Positions 9,356-18,769 of a DNA stretch of 64,000 nucleotides are shown here, one piece after another. A program made the translations under genes and the position numbers. The notes below the pieces were generated by a model, which saw nothing but the letters and a program-made list of their open reading frames with translations, was not told where the DNA came from and did not search any database. Origin of the DNA: Thermostichus sp. DRC_bins_24. GTDB lineage: Bacteria > Cyanobacteriota > Cyanobacteriia > Thermostichales > Thermostichaceae. Positions within the stretch are counted from its first letter, which is position 1. Each line of letters begins with the position of its first letter. The stretch covers positions 14,975 through 78,974 of the forward strand of contig JAUQVK010000084.1 of assembly GCA_039794845.1 (NCBI GenBank), given 5' to 3'.

Positions 9356-9607
9356 CTAAAACATGCTGAACAGATCGGCCAAGGTGATTTGTTCTTCTTC
9401 CGGTTCCAAGTTCGGCACCGCTGCTAGGGATCCCAATGAACGAGCGGCCAAGTCAAGGGGATCCCCGGCCCAAGGGATCGAGCCGAATTGCTCACGTACG
9501 AGCAGGAAGGGCATCGACACCGAACGTGCCTGCAACGGGCGATTGTCCCAATTCAAACGGGCGAAAAAGCTCTGCACCGAATCTTCTAGGGGAATCTCTA
9601 AGGTCAT
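9356..9607 (-). CDS. small acidic hypothetical protein in the V4R operon
   Basis: ATGA-coupled to the upstream V4R gene; SVQSFFARLNW motif. Confidence 0.65.
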   Translation of the reverse strand: MTLEIPLEDSVQSFFARLNWDNRPLQARSVSMPFLLVREQFGSIPWAGDPLDLAARSLGSLAAVPNLEPEEEQITLADLFSMF

Positions 9608-10329
9608 GCCTTGACGCCCCCCTCACCGGAGCGCAGTTTCTGGGCGATCTCACCGGCGCTGGCCCCTTCGTTCAACCAAAACGCTGCCGCATCAATGCGG
9701 TCTTTGCTCCCGAGTAAAAACTTACAGTAGCTCTCCCCCATCGAGTAGCATTGGATCTCAATGCAGTTCAGTTGCCGTTCCACCATGGCGCTGAAAAAAC
9801 CGGCAAACAGCCCGGCATAGAGGTGGCAAACGGGCTTATCCACATCTCCAAGGGTGCGTGCTACAGCCGAGTCGAACAGGTTGATGAAGATAAACCCCTG
9901 CCGCCGACCTTCGGTATCCACCTCCCAGCGTCCCCACCCTTGAGAGGTTAAGGGCCACCACCAAGTCTCCAACAAAAACATCAGGTTACTCTGTTTGGTT
10001 GTGCGCCGATATTCCTCTTCGTACCACCGGGAAAAATGGGCGGCATCGTTGCGGCCCCACTCTCGGCCAATGGTGTACATTAAAGATGCCGAGGCATCCC
10101 CCACTTCTTCTTCTAGGCCCTGCTGCAGGCCAAGGATAAAGTCTTCACTGACCAATACATTGCGTCCCCCCGTCCAGTCGAAAAGGGAGCCTTGGGAGCG
10201 GTCGAAGCGGAAAAAGTCTTCGCGGCTGTAGTGGTTGTGGCGTTGGGCAGCAGGTTGAAGGCGCAATTCAATCGCAGAGACCGTCATGAGCGTGGCAGGG
10301 GAAGTACGTTTTTTGACTCCTCCCATCAT
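9604..10329 (-). CDS. V4R-domain protein
   Basis: WPLTSQGWGRW, KPVCHLYAGLFAGFFS, CIEIQCYSMGESYCKF; alternative start 10287. Confidence 0.85.
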   Translation of the reverse strand: MMGGVKKRTSPATLMTVSAIELRLQPAAQRHNHYSREDFFRFDRSQGSLFDWTGGRNVLVSEDFILGLQQGLEEEVGDASASLMYTIGREWGRNDAAHFSRWYEEEYRRTTKQSNLMFLLETWWWPLTSQGWGRWEVDTEGRRQGFIFINLFDSAVARTLGDVDKPVCHLYAGLFAGFFSAMVERQLNCIEIQCYSMGESYCKFLLGSKDRIDAAAFWLNEGASAGEIAQKLRSGEGGVKA

Positions 10330-10455
10330 ATCGTTCTCTCCCCACCCCTCACCCTGAGAAAATCCTGATTTGGCTCAGGCGGGAGATTAACCCTAAAAAT
10401 TAATCCTGAATTTTTGTAAAGACCGGTGGGTCTACAGAAGAAACCCTCAGGGTTT

Positions 10456-10674
10456 TTACGGATGAGATTTGACCTTGATGAAGGCAATAGCGGAGCGCCA
10501 CAGCAGCGATTCCTGCCCCCCAGCATCGGTCAGACACAAGCAATCGGGATCCTGCCAGCGCAACTGGCCCACGAAGACATCCCCGGTGTTGAGCTTGATT
10601 TCAAAGGTTTCCCGATCCTTGATCCCCTTCTGCAGGCGACGCACGCTCGGGATCCCAGCATTCAAATCGGTCAC
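10456..10674 (-). CDS. hfq: cyanobacterial Hfq homolog
   Basis: GIPSVRRLQ..IK, EIKLNTGD..GQLRWQDPDCLCL, LWRSAIAFIK (Sm fold). Confidence 0.88.
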   Translation of the reverse strand: MTDLNAGIPSVRRLQKGIKDRETFEIKLNTGDVFVGQLRWQDPDCLCLTDAGGQESLLWRSAIAFIKVKSHP

Positions 10675-11059
10675 GGCAGCTCCACTGGCGAGCGATAGGA
10701 TACACTTGGCAGGCGCACTGGTCTCAGTATAGGGGATCCGCGAAGCGCAGTTCGACCCCCAAACGACTTCGGCTGGATCGTTGCTTTCACTCGGTTTTCC
10801 CCATTAAGAAATATGCTACATGCATAGGCATCGCTTTACAAAAAGCTACAAATCACTGAGGAGTGCCATCTTATTTAAGCGAATCTACGGGTGTTTTGGG
10901 TGGAGAAAAGTATCAAAATGAGGTTTAGGGTGACGGGAAGTGCGGTTCGTCGCCCCGCAGGGAATGGATTCAGGGTCTGGATCCTTATCCGAACGTGAGG
11001 TTTTGCCGCCAATTTGTTTGTCCCTTTGAACGAGCATCATTAATGCAGGAGAAATTGTC

Positions 11060-11278
11060 ATGGCAGTTGAGAAAGTAAACTCTTCCTCGAGCTTGGCCGA
11101 AGTGATCGATCGCATCTTGGATAAGGGTATCGTTGTCGATGCCTGGGTGCGTGTTTCCTTGGTTGGGATCGAGCTGTTGGCGATTGAAGCGCGGGTTGTT
11201 GTGGCTTCTGTGGAAACCTACCTGAAATATGCTGAAGCTGTGGGTCTGACGGCTACTGCTGCTGCCCCTGCGGCCTAA
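11060..11278 (+). CDS. gvpA: gas vesicle structural protein
   Basis: [46 protein letters not shown]. Confidence 0.98.
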   Translation: MAVEKVNSSSSLAEVIDRILDKGIVVDAWVRVSLVGIELLAIEARVVVASVETYLKYAEAVGLTATAAAPAA

Positions 11279-11586
11279 GCCTGGTGGTATTGCCGCGTTC
11301 CTCACCTTATAGACCGGGATTATTTGGTGATCCTCTGGGGATCATTCACAGGTTTTCTGGGGGAGGCTCCGAGGCGATAGCGTAAGGGTTGTTGAGCAAT
11401 AGGGCAGGGATCTGTTGGAGGTCTCTGCCTCCTTTTCCTCAGCTTGATCCAACCGATACGGTACACTTTCTTGGCCGTTAAGTTCGGCTACCCAGTATTG
11501 ACCAGTATTGATTCGGTATTGACTTGGACTCGGGCTTTCCCGACCCATGAGTTAAAAGCCAAAGACGACGTAAGGGATTGGACACC

Positions 11587-12630
11587 ATGAGTTTGCAGGA
11601 ACAGTGGGTCGTGGCCCGTAACCGACGGGCGGCTCAAAACCAAAGTTTGCTAAGTCGATCCCGTCAGCAGCGCGTGGAGCGCCATCAAAACCTGATGGCT
11701 GAGTTGGGGCGACAACGTCAGCAACGGCAACAGGCGATACAGCAACAGGCGGAGCAAATCCGCGGTCACCTGCGGAAACTGCAGCAGGATCGGGCTGTGC
11801 AGCGGGCCTTGGACGAATACACCCGCCTGGAAATCGCCACCCAACGGGCCAAATCGGTGGCAGAGTTTCTCTCTTGTCTGGAACGGGAACGGGCTGCTCA
11901 ATCAGAAGCCAGCCAGCAGCAGCTCCAAGCTTTTCGGGCCAACTTGACTTCGGATGTGGAAGGTTTACTGAGCACCTTCGCCCAGGCCCGGCAGGTGATG
12001 GCCAGCACCACTCAGCAAGCACGGCAGGCGGTTTGTGCCGATCTGCAGCAACGGGTACAAGCCCTTCGACAGCACGCTCGGCAGGAACTGGCCCAGGTTG
12101 CTCAAGAGCGACAGACCCAAGCCCAAGCTTTACAACGTGCGCTGACGGCTTTTCGGGTGGCGCTGCACGAGCAGGTGTGGGGCAATGGGATCCCCTTCCT
12201 CACCCCAGAACTTGAAGTCGAACCTGAAGCCTCCGTTGCAGCTGCTCCCCCCCAACCTGCCGATGAGATCCGTGAGCCTGCCCCCGCTCCAGCGCCCAAC
12301 AGCACAACTGCCGTTGAGGCCGAAGTTGAGGTCGAGGCTCCGGTTGCCCCTGACCCATCACCTCAGCCGCCGGTCGCTCCGGTGATGCCCGCCATTCCCG
12401 TAGTTCCTCCCGCTCCCGTGGCCGAAGAGCCGGGACGCATTCTCACCTATGTGAACGAGTATGTGGAGGCGCTGCAGGCCCAAAATCCCGACCTAACCCT
12501 GTTGCAAGTCATCGGCAATCGGGAACAGGTGCGCGATCTGCTGGCCCGAGGCGCGGTGGAGCTGGGGGTGGATCCCTCCGAAATTCTGGCCACGTTGCGG
12601 CGCATGGTGTCGGAGACCGTTGCGGTTTAA
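11587..12630 (+). CDS. gvpC: GvpC-like protein
   Basis: Lies between gvpA and gvpN; Q/R/A-rich helical repeats and a Pro/Ala-rich linker; divergent. Confidence 0.6.
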   Translation: MSLQEQWVVARNRRAAQNQSLLSRSRQQRVERHQNLMAELGRQRQQRQQAIQQQAEQIRGHLRKLQQDRAVQRALDEYTRLEIATQRAKSVAEFLSCLERERAAQSEASQQQLQAFRANLTSDVEGLLSTFAQARQVMASTTQQARQAVCADLQQRVQALRQHARQELAQVAQERQTQAQALQRALTAFRVALHEQVWGNGIPFLTPELEVEPEASVAAAPPQPADEIREPAPAPAPNSTTAVEAEVEVEAPVAPDPSPQPPVAPVMPAIPVVPPAPVAEEPGRILTYVNEYVEALQAQNPDLTLLQVIGNREQVRDLLARGAVELGVDPSEILATLRRMVSETVAV

Positions 12631-12690
12631 TCCAAGCCAAGCATAAGGATCCCAGCTATAGTCGAGGCAAAAAAGAGGTTTGGTACCCCT

Positions 12691-13575
12691 ATGGCCACCG
12701 TTTTGCAGGCGCGTCCACGCCAGTTTGTGAATACTCCCTACACTGAGCGGATTGTCCGCCGAGCTCTGCGCTATCTGCAATCGGGCTTTGCGGTTCATTT
12801 ACGGGGGCCTTCGGGGACCGGCAAAACCACCTTGGCAATGCACCTGGCCGGTCTGATGGGTCGCCCGATTATGTTGATCTACGGGGATGACCGCTTCGAC
12901 TCCTCGGATCTCATCGGGGGTCGCACCGGCTTCACCCATCGGCGGGTGGTGGATAACTACATTCACTCGGTGGTGAAAACTGAGGAGGATCTGCAGCAGC
13001 GTTGGGTGGATGCCCGCCTGACCCTAGCTTGCCGGGAGGGGTTTACCCTCATCTACGACGAATTCAATCGTTCTCGACCCGAGGCCAACAATGCCCTCCT
13101 CAGTGCCCTAGAAGAAAAGTTGTTGGTCATGCCCCCTGACAGCAACCGTTCGGAGTACCTGCGGGTGCATCCGCAATTTCGGGCCATTTTTACCTCTAAC
13201 CCGGACGAATATACGGGGGTCCATCGGGCACAGGATGCCCTTTTGGATCGGATGATCACCATCGACATGGGGGAACCGGACATCGAGACGGAAAAAGAAA
13301 TCCTCACCTCGCGGGTGGGCTTATCCGCGCCAGATGCCCTTAAAATCGTCCATGTGGTGCGGGCCTTTCGCCGCAAATTGGATCTCACCCAGCATCCCAG
13401 TCTGCGCAGCTGTCTGATGATCGGCCGCATCGTCAAAGAGCATGAGCTGGCCGTCAGCAGAGAGAATGCCGACTTTCGCGCCCTGTGTGCGGATGTGCTG
13501 CTGGCTCGGGCTGGTAAGCGCCATGAGGAGGGATCCCAGCTGCTGAATTACTTGCTGGATCAACTGCCTGCCTGA
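12691..13575 (+). CDS. gvpN: gas vesicle AAA+ ATPase
   Basis: HLRGPSGTGKT, VVDNYIHSV, YDEFNRSRPEANN. Confidence 0.95.
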   Translation: MATVLQARPRQFVNTPYTERIVRRALRYLQSGFAVHLRGPSGTGKTTLAMHLAGLMGRPIMLIYGDDRFDSSDLIGGRTGFTHRRVVDNYIHSVVKTEEDLQQRWVDARLTLACREGFTLIYDEFNRSRPEANNALLSALEEKLLVMPPDSNRSEYLRVHPQFRAIFTSNPDEYTGVHRAQDALLDRMITIDMGEPDIETEKEILTSRVGLSAPDALKIVHVVRAFRRKLDLTQHPSLRSCLMIGRIVKEHELAVSRENADFRALCADVLLARAGKRHEEGSQLLNYLLDQLPA

Positions 13576-13616
13576 CCGTTCTGCCCATTTGTACGCTTTG
13601 GAGGGTAGTTAACCCC

Positions 13617-13964
13617 GTGCCTATTACCTCTCAACCCTTGACCACAGCCACTCACGGCTCCTCTTTGGCCGATGTGTTAGAGCGGGTGCTGGACAAAGGC
13701 ATTGTGATTGCGGGGGATATCACGGTTTCGGTGGGCAACGTTGAGCTGTTGAATGTGCGGATTCGCCTGCTCATTTCCTCGGTGGATAAGGCCAAAGAAA
13801 TCGGCATCAACTGGTGGGAGTCGGATCCCTACCTGAACGGTCACGCACGGGAGCTACTGGAAGCCAATCGGCAGTTAATGCAGCGGGTGGCGGATTTAGA
13901 AGGGCAACTGGCCCAGGTCTTGCCCAAGGGGAGATCGGGGACGGAGTCTGGGGCCACAAGCTAG
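13617..13964 (+). CDS. gvpJ: gas vesicle protein
   Basis: SLADVLERVLDKGIVIAGDI...GINWWESDP. Confidence 0.92.
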   Translation: MPITSQPLTTATHGSSLADVLERVLDKGIVIAGDITVSVGNVELLNVRIRLLISSVDKAKEIGINWWESDPYLNGHARELLEANRQLMQRVADLEGQLAQVLPKGRSGTESGATS

Positions 13965-13999
13965 ACTGGCACCGTGGTGGTTGGGCTAGGTGGTGTGAA

Positions 14000-14413
14000 A
14001 TGAACTCCAACGTCATTCTCTGTCGGAACCCTCTGGGGGGACTGTTGGCCTTGGGTCTGTTGTTGGGATCCGGGATCCCGGCTTGGGGGCAAAATCAGAA
14101 TCCACGTGCCATCAGCATCAACGCCGATGCTCAAGAGGCCAACGCCAATACGGGGGTGTTTAAGGCCATTGGCAATGTCACCCTCAGTTTTCCTGCTGAA
14201 CGCCTGATTGCCCGCGCCCAAAAAGCAGTGTACTACAGCCAAGAACAGCGAATTGAGTTGGAAGGCCAAGTCACCATTAGCCAAGGGGAAAACCAACTGC
14301 AAGCAGAAAAAGTGATCTACCGCATCGACCAAGGCACAATCCAGGCAGTGCCGGTGGCAGGGCGACAAGTGGAGTCCATCTACGTTTTGCCAGAACCGGC
14401 CCCAAGCCCCTAA
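14000..14413 (+). CDS. lptA: LptA/OstA family LPS transport protein
   Basis: Signal peptide; ISINADAQEANANTGVFKAIGNV, IELEGQVTISQGENQLQAEKVIY. Confidence 0.8.
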   Translation: MNSNVILCRNPLGGLLALGLLLGSGIPAWGQNQNPRAISINADAQEANANTGVFKAIGNVTLSFPAERLIARAQKAVYYSQEQRIELEGQVTISQGENQLQAEKVIYRIDQGTIQAVPVAGRQVESIYVLPEPAPSP

Positions 14414-14432
14414 TCCCCGACACACCTCACCT

Positions 14433-14861
14433 ACGGGATCCGCTTCCTACGAATCCGACTTCTACGCTTGGACACAAACCCAAGCCACCTTGCTGTGCAC
14501 GGGCAATCTGGACGCATTGGATCGAGAGAACCCGGCGGAGGAAATTGAATCGTTGGGCAAAGCCGAAGGGCGAGAGTTGGAAAGTCGCTTGCGGGCCATT
14601 GTCATCCACCTGCTGAAGTGGCAATTTCAACCCGCCCTGCGCTCCCGCAGTTGGCAACTGACCTTGCAGGAACAGCGGATTCGTTTGCAAGCTCATTTGC
14701 AGGATAATCCCAGCTTAAAAAGTCGGATTTTAGAGGCATTGGGGCGGGCTTATCCCCTGGCGGTGCTCCGGGCAGAACGGGAAACGGGCTTGGAGAGCTT
14801 TCTCGGGGAATGTTCGTTTACGATTGAGCAAATTTTGGCCTTGGACTTTTTCCCCCAATAA
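14433..14861 (+). pseudogene. DUF29 family protein lacking a canonical start
   Basis: In-frame (ACG)GSASYESDFYAWTQTQA lies upstream of the called ORF; HLLKWQFQP..RSRSW..NPSLK. Confidence 0.7.
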
Positions 14862-14896
14862 ACCCAATAAATCAGAAACCAAAGGATGGCCTGCCC

Positions 14897-15853
14897 ATGA
14901 TCGGGATCCGCGTGCCGCATCCCTGGCAAAAGGAAACTGCAGTCACACCGGAAGCTTTGTTTTGGAATCGGCGGCGATTTCTCACCCAACTGGGATCCGC
15001 CGGGGCAGGGGTGAGTTTCTCGATTTTTGGCTTTGGCGGGCGGACTGAGGTTCCTTCTGTAGAGCGGGATTTGAGTGGCATCCCCCAGAACCCCCTTTTT
15101 TCGGATCCGGGACGCCCCCTCACCGAGGAGATCGTGGCGGCTCGCTACAACAATTTTTATGAATTTGGATCCGGTAAACGCGTTTGGCGGGGGGCACAGG
15201 CTTTGCCGACGGATCCCTGGACGGTAGAAATCACGGGATTGGTGCGGCAACCGCAGCAGTTGGGCCTTGAAGATCTGTTTAACTTCCCCCTGGAGGAGCG
15301 CATCTATCGCTTTCGCTGTGTAGAAGCCTGGGCAATGGTGGTGCCCTGGTTGGGCTTTCCGATGCGGTTGTTGATTGAACGGGTGGATCCCTTGCCGGAG
15401 GCCAAATTCGTCCGGTTTACCTCCTATTACGACCGTCAGATCATGTACGGCCCCATTTGGCCCCCCAACTTGCCCTGGCCCTATACCGAGGGGCTACGGA
15501 TTGAGGAAATGGCCAATGAACTGGCGTTTTTCGCCCTGGGGATCTACGGCAAACCTCTCCCCAAACAACATGGGGCCCCGATTCGTATGGTGATTCCCTG
15601 GAAATATGGCTTTAAGGGGGGAAAATCCATCGTCAAAATCGAATTTTTGGCCCACCAGCCCCCCACTTTTTGGAATACCCTCGCCCCCGATGAATATGGG
15701 TTTGAAGCCAATGTGGATCCGACAGTGCCCCATCCCCGTTGGTCACAGGAGCAGGAAACCCTAATCGGATTTGGATCCCGTACCCATTGGCAGACGGTGC
15801 CGACATTGCCCTACAACGGCTACGGAGAGTATGTGGCTCATTTGTATAGCTGA
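14897..15853 (+). CDS. msrP: methionine sulfoxide reductase catalytic subunit (Mo)
   Basis: Tat RRRFL, YNNFYEFG, YRFRCVEAWAMV, PWKYGFKGGKSI. Confidence 0.93.
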   Translation: MIGIRVPHPWQKETAVTPEALFWNRRRFLTQLGSAGAGVSFSIFGFGGRTEVPSVERDLSGIPQNPLFSDPGRPLTEEIVAARYNNFYEFGSGKRVWRGAQALPTDPWTVEITGLVRQPQQLGLEDLFNFPLEERIYRFRCVEAWAMVVPWLGFPMRLLIERVDPLPEAKFVRFTSYYDRQIMYGPIWPPNLPWPYTEGLRIEEMANELAFFALGIYGKPLPKQHGAPIRMVIPWKYGFKGGKSIVKIEFLAHQPPTFWNTLAPDEYGFEANVDPTVPHPRWSQEQETLIGFGSRTHWQTVPTLPYNGYGEYVAHLYS

Positions 15854-15881
15854 CGGCAAAAAAGAGGGAGAATTACAAAAG

Positions 15882-15955
15882 CGCCCACGAAAGGATTCGA
15901 ACCTCCGACACCTGGGACCGGAACCCAGTGCTCTAGTCCACTGAGCTACGTGGGC
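15882..15955 (-). tRNA. tRNA-Arg(CCG)
   Basis: GCCCACGTAGCTCAGTGGACTAGAGCACTGGGTT-CCG-GTCCCAGGTGTCGGAGGTTCGAATCCTTTCGTGGGCG. Confidence 0.93.
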
Positions 15956-15979
15956 AGCACAACTGCGTCTCGCATTCTA

Positions 15980-16609
15980 TCAATTTGCTTTCAGCTCTGC
16001 CAAGTGGACAAAGCTGCGGCGGTGCTGTGGGGTAAGCCCCAAGTCTTGCAGGGCCTGTCGGTGCTCTCGCGTGCCATAGCCGACATTGGTTCGCCAACCA
16101 TAGCCAGGGTAGTGTTGATCCCACTCTTGCATCAGGGTATCTCTCCAGACCTTAGCGAGAATAGAAGCCGCCGCAATGGATAAGCTTTTTTGATCCCCTT
16201 TCACCAGGGCGGTATGTCGGGATCCCAACTCGGCCAGCGGTAATCCATCCAGCAAAATGTACTCAACCTCGCCCAACTCAGCCAAGGCCCGTTGCATGGC
16301 CAGCACTGTCGCCTGTCGAATGTTGATCCGGTCAATTTCTGCCGCAGAAGCGCTGCCGATCCCCACCCCTAGAGCAACCCGTCGAATCCGCTCTGCCCAG
16401 TGAATCCGTTGGGCTAGGCGCAGTTGTTTGGAATCCCTCACCCCCTCTAGCTCTGCGGGATCCATCTCTACGGGCAAAATCACCGCCGCCGCTACCACCG
16501 GCCCCGCCAGGGATCCCCGCCCCACTTCATCCACCCCCGCGACCCGGCGGATCCCCTGTTGCCAAAGGGATCCCTCCCAAACCAAACTGGGCTTTATCTG
16601 CTTTGCCAT
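15980..16609 (-). CDS. rnhB: ribonuclease HII
   Basis: [35 protein letters not shown]. Confidence 0.95.
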   Translation of the reverse strand: MAKQIKPSLVWEGSLWQQGIRRVAGVDEVGRGSLAGPVVAAAVILPVEMDPAELEGVRDSKQLRLAQRIHWAERIRRVALGVGIGSASAAEIDRINIRQATVLAMQRALAELGEVEYILLDGLPLAELGSRHTALVKGDQKSLSIAAASILAKVWRDTLMQEWDQHYPGYGWRTNVGYGTREHRQALQDLGLTPQHRRSFVHLAELKAN

Positions 16610-17062
16610 ACCCCTTTGCCATACCCCAGGGCGTCAACAACAGACCAAACGTTGCCTTAAAGGGATGAGTGGACGCAAGAAGCAGTTCTTCCTGCGAGAC
16701 ATCCGACGATACATTGTGCAATCCAAGAGCAGGCTCACAAGCCAGGAGTTGCCGTCTTTGTACTCGAAGATTGGTCTGGAATTCGGAACCAGCGTCGCGG
16801 CAAAAAGCTGAACCCGCAGTAGATGGGATCCCTGGGTAGGGTGGATCCCGTAGCAGATGAAGCGAGAACCAGAACGGGAACAAGTGAGAAGCCCCAGGCG
16901 ACTATAGGGTGGCGGCGAAATCTGCTGAATGTGTTGGGGAATACACGGGTTTTGAGTGGTTCTCGTCTAACCTTTTTCATGGATGCGGGCGCAAAACCTA
17001 GTAGGGCCGCTAAGCTGACGATTCCTCAACCCTCGTTCACCCCTCAATTAGGAGCAACAACC

Positions 17063-17926
17063 GTGATCAAGCAAGCTCTCTCCTACGGCCTCGGCCTGAG
17101 CCTCATCCTGGCCGGTAGCCAAGCGCTGGCCCAATCCACCCCGGATAAGTTGGTGCTGGGGATGGTGCCTTCTCGGGAGGCGGAACGGATTGTCGATAGC
17201 CTCGATCCCTTTGCCGAGCTGCTGAGCGAAAAGCTTGGGATCCCGGTGGAAACCTTTGTATCCACAGACTATACCGGCTTGGTGGAAGCGATAGGTACCA
17301 ACCGAGTGGATATTGGTCTGTTTGGCCCGGCGGCTTTGGTGGAAGCGGTGGATCGTCACAATGCCGAGGTGATTTTGGCTTCCGTACGGCGGGGCTCCAC
17401 CACCTACCGGTCTCAGTTCAACATTCCCTGTGGCGGCGAGATCGACAGCTTTGACGACTTGAAGGGCAGAACCATTGCCTTCGTGGATCCGGGCTCTGCC
17501 TCAGGTTACCAGTTCCCCTTTGTGTTTTTAAGGGATGAGCACAATATTGATGCCAACGTGGATATGCAGCCGATCTTCGCGGGTGCCCACGATGCTGCGG
17601 TGTTGGCGGTTTACAACGGCGATGTGGATGTGTCGGTGTCTTTTGAGGATGCTCGTACCACCATCGCCAACGATCACCCGGATGTGAACGAGAAGGTGTG
17701 TGTGTTGGGCTATACCTCGGATATTCCCAACGACGGCACTGTGGTGCGGGCTGGTCTGCCGGAGGGTTTGTCAGAGCAGATTGCCACGGCGATGATCGAG
17801 ATTGCCGAGACGGAAGAGGGCCGAAAACTCACCGAGGCTCTGTTCAATGTCACCGGTTTTGCCCCTATCGACTCCTCTGCCTACGACATTGTGCGGGAAG
17901 TCTCGAGCACCTTCCGCCGCAATTGA
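17063..17926 (+). CDS. phnD: phosphate/phosphite/phosphonate ABC substrate-binding protein
   Basis: AGGAG RBS + GTG; signal peptide; DYTGLVEA, AFVDPGSASGY, AGAHDAAVLAV, IPND. Confidence 0.85.
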   Translation: MIKQALSYGLGLSLILAGSQALAQSTPDKLVLGMVPSREAERIVDSLDPFAELLSEKLGIPVETFVSTDYTGLVEAIGTNRVDIGLFGPAALVEAVDRHNAEVILASVRRGSTTYRSQFNIPCGGEIDSFDDLKGRTIAFVDPGSASGYQFPFVFLRDEHNIDANVDMQPIFAGAHDAAVLAVYNGDVDVSVSFEDARTTIANDHPDVNEKVCVLGYTSDIPNDGTVVRAGLPEGLSEQIATAMIEIAETEEGRKLTEALFNVTGFAPIDSSAYDIVREVSSTFRRN

Positions 17927-17995
17927 GCGTACCCCCAAAGGGATCCTCACGGTTGGTTGGGGATCCCGCATTTCTCCTAGCCCCTCCCTGGCAGC

Positions 17996-18769
17996 ATGAT
18001 CAGCTTTGACGGCGTAGAAGTCACCTATCCGAATGGGTATCAAGCCCTGAAGGGGATCAACCTCGATATTCCCAAGGGGCAATTTGTGGTCATCGTCGGC
18101 TTGTCAGGGGCGGGCAAATCCACCCTGATTCGCACCATCAACAACTTGGTGGTGCCCTCCAAAGGCGAGGTGCGGGTGGGAGGCCGTTCCATCACGCGAG
18201 CACGGGGGGCGGAGCTACGTAAAATGCGGGCCAGCATCGGCATGATCTTTCAAACCTACAACCTGGTGAAACGCACCACGGTGCTGCGGAATGTGTTGTC
18301 GGGCCGGTTGGGCAGCGCCAATCCGGTGGCCAGTTTGTTGGGGATCTTCTCCAAGTCGGATCTGCTCATGGCCCATGCCTGTTTGCAGCGGGTCGGGATC
18401 CCGGAAAAAGCTTATGTGCGGGCGGATGCCCTGTCGGGGGGGCAACAACAGCGGGTGGGGATCGCCCGTGCCCTTGCCCAGCAGCCGCAGGTGATGTTGG
18501 CGGATGAGCCGGTGGCCAGCCTGGATCCGCCTACGGCCAACGCCGTCATGGGGGATCTAAAGCGCATTACCCGCGAAGATGGCATCACGACGCTGGTGAA
18601 TCTGCATTTTATCGATATGGCCCGCGACTATGCCGATCGCATCATTGGCATGCGGGCCGGGGAAGTGGTGTTCGATGGTACGCCAGCCGAGGCTACGGAT
18701 CAGGTGTTCACCGAGATCTATGGCCGCTCTATCGATAAAGAAAAAGATTTACTGAGGCAGGCCAGCTGA
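17996..18769 (+). CDS. phnC: phosphonate ABC ATP-binding protein
   Basis: GLSGAGKST, LSGGQQQRVGIARAL, ADEPVASLDP. Confidence 0.92.
   Translation: MISFDGVEVTYPNGYQALKGINLDIPKGQFVVIVGLSGAGKSTLIRTINNLVVPSKGEVRVGGRSITRARGAELRKMRASIGMIFQTYNLVKRTTVLRNVLSGRLGSANPVASLLGIFSKSDLLMAHACLQRVGIPEKAYVRADALSGGQQQRVGIARALAQQPQVMLADEPVASLDPPTANAVMGDLKRITREDGITTLVNLHFIDMARDYADRIIGMRAGEVVFDGTPAEATDQVFTEIYGRSIDKEKDLLRQAS

Noticed and set aside
10355..10450. TTAACCCT/TTAATCCT repeats as a Pho box
   Set aside because: The period is 13 bp rather than 11 and there is no phosphate-related gene downstream. It may still be another operator.
16985..17020. GGGCGCAAAACC as a c-di-GMP-I riboswitch
   Set aside because: No upstream GGCAAA/GAAA-tetraloop P2 element is visible.
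16823..17062. 80-aa N-terminal extension of PhnD
   Set aside because: AGGAG + GTG at 17063 gives a normal signal peptide.
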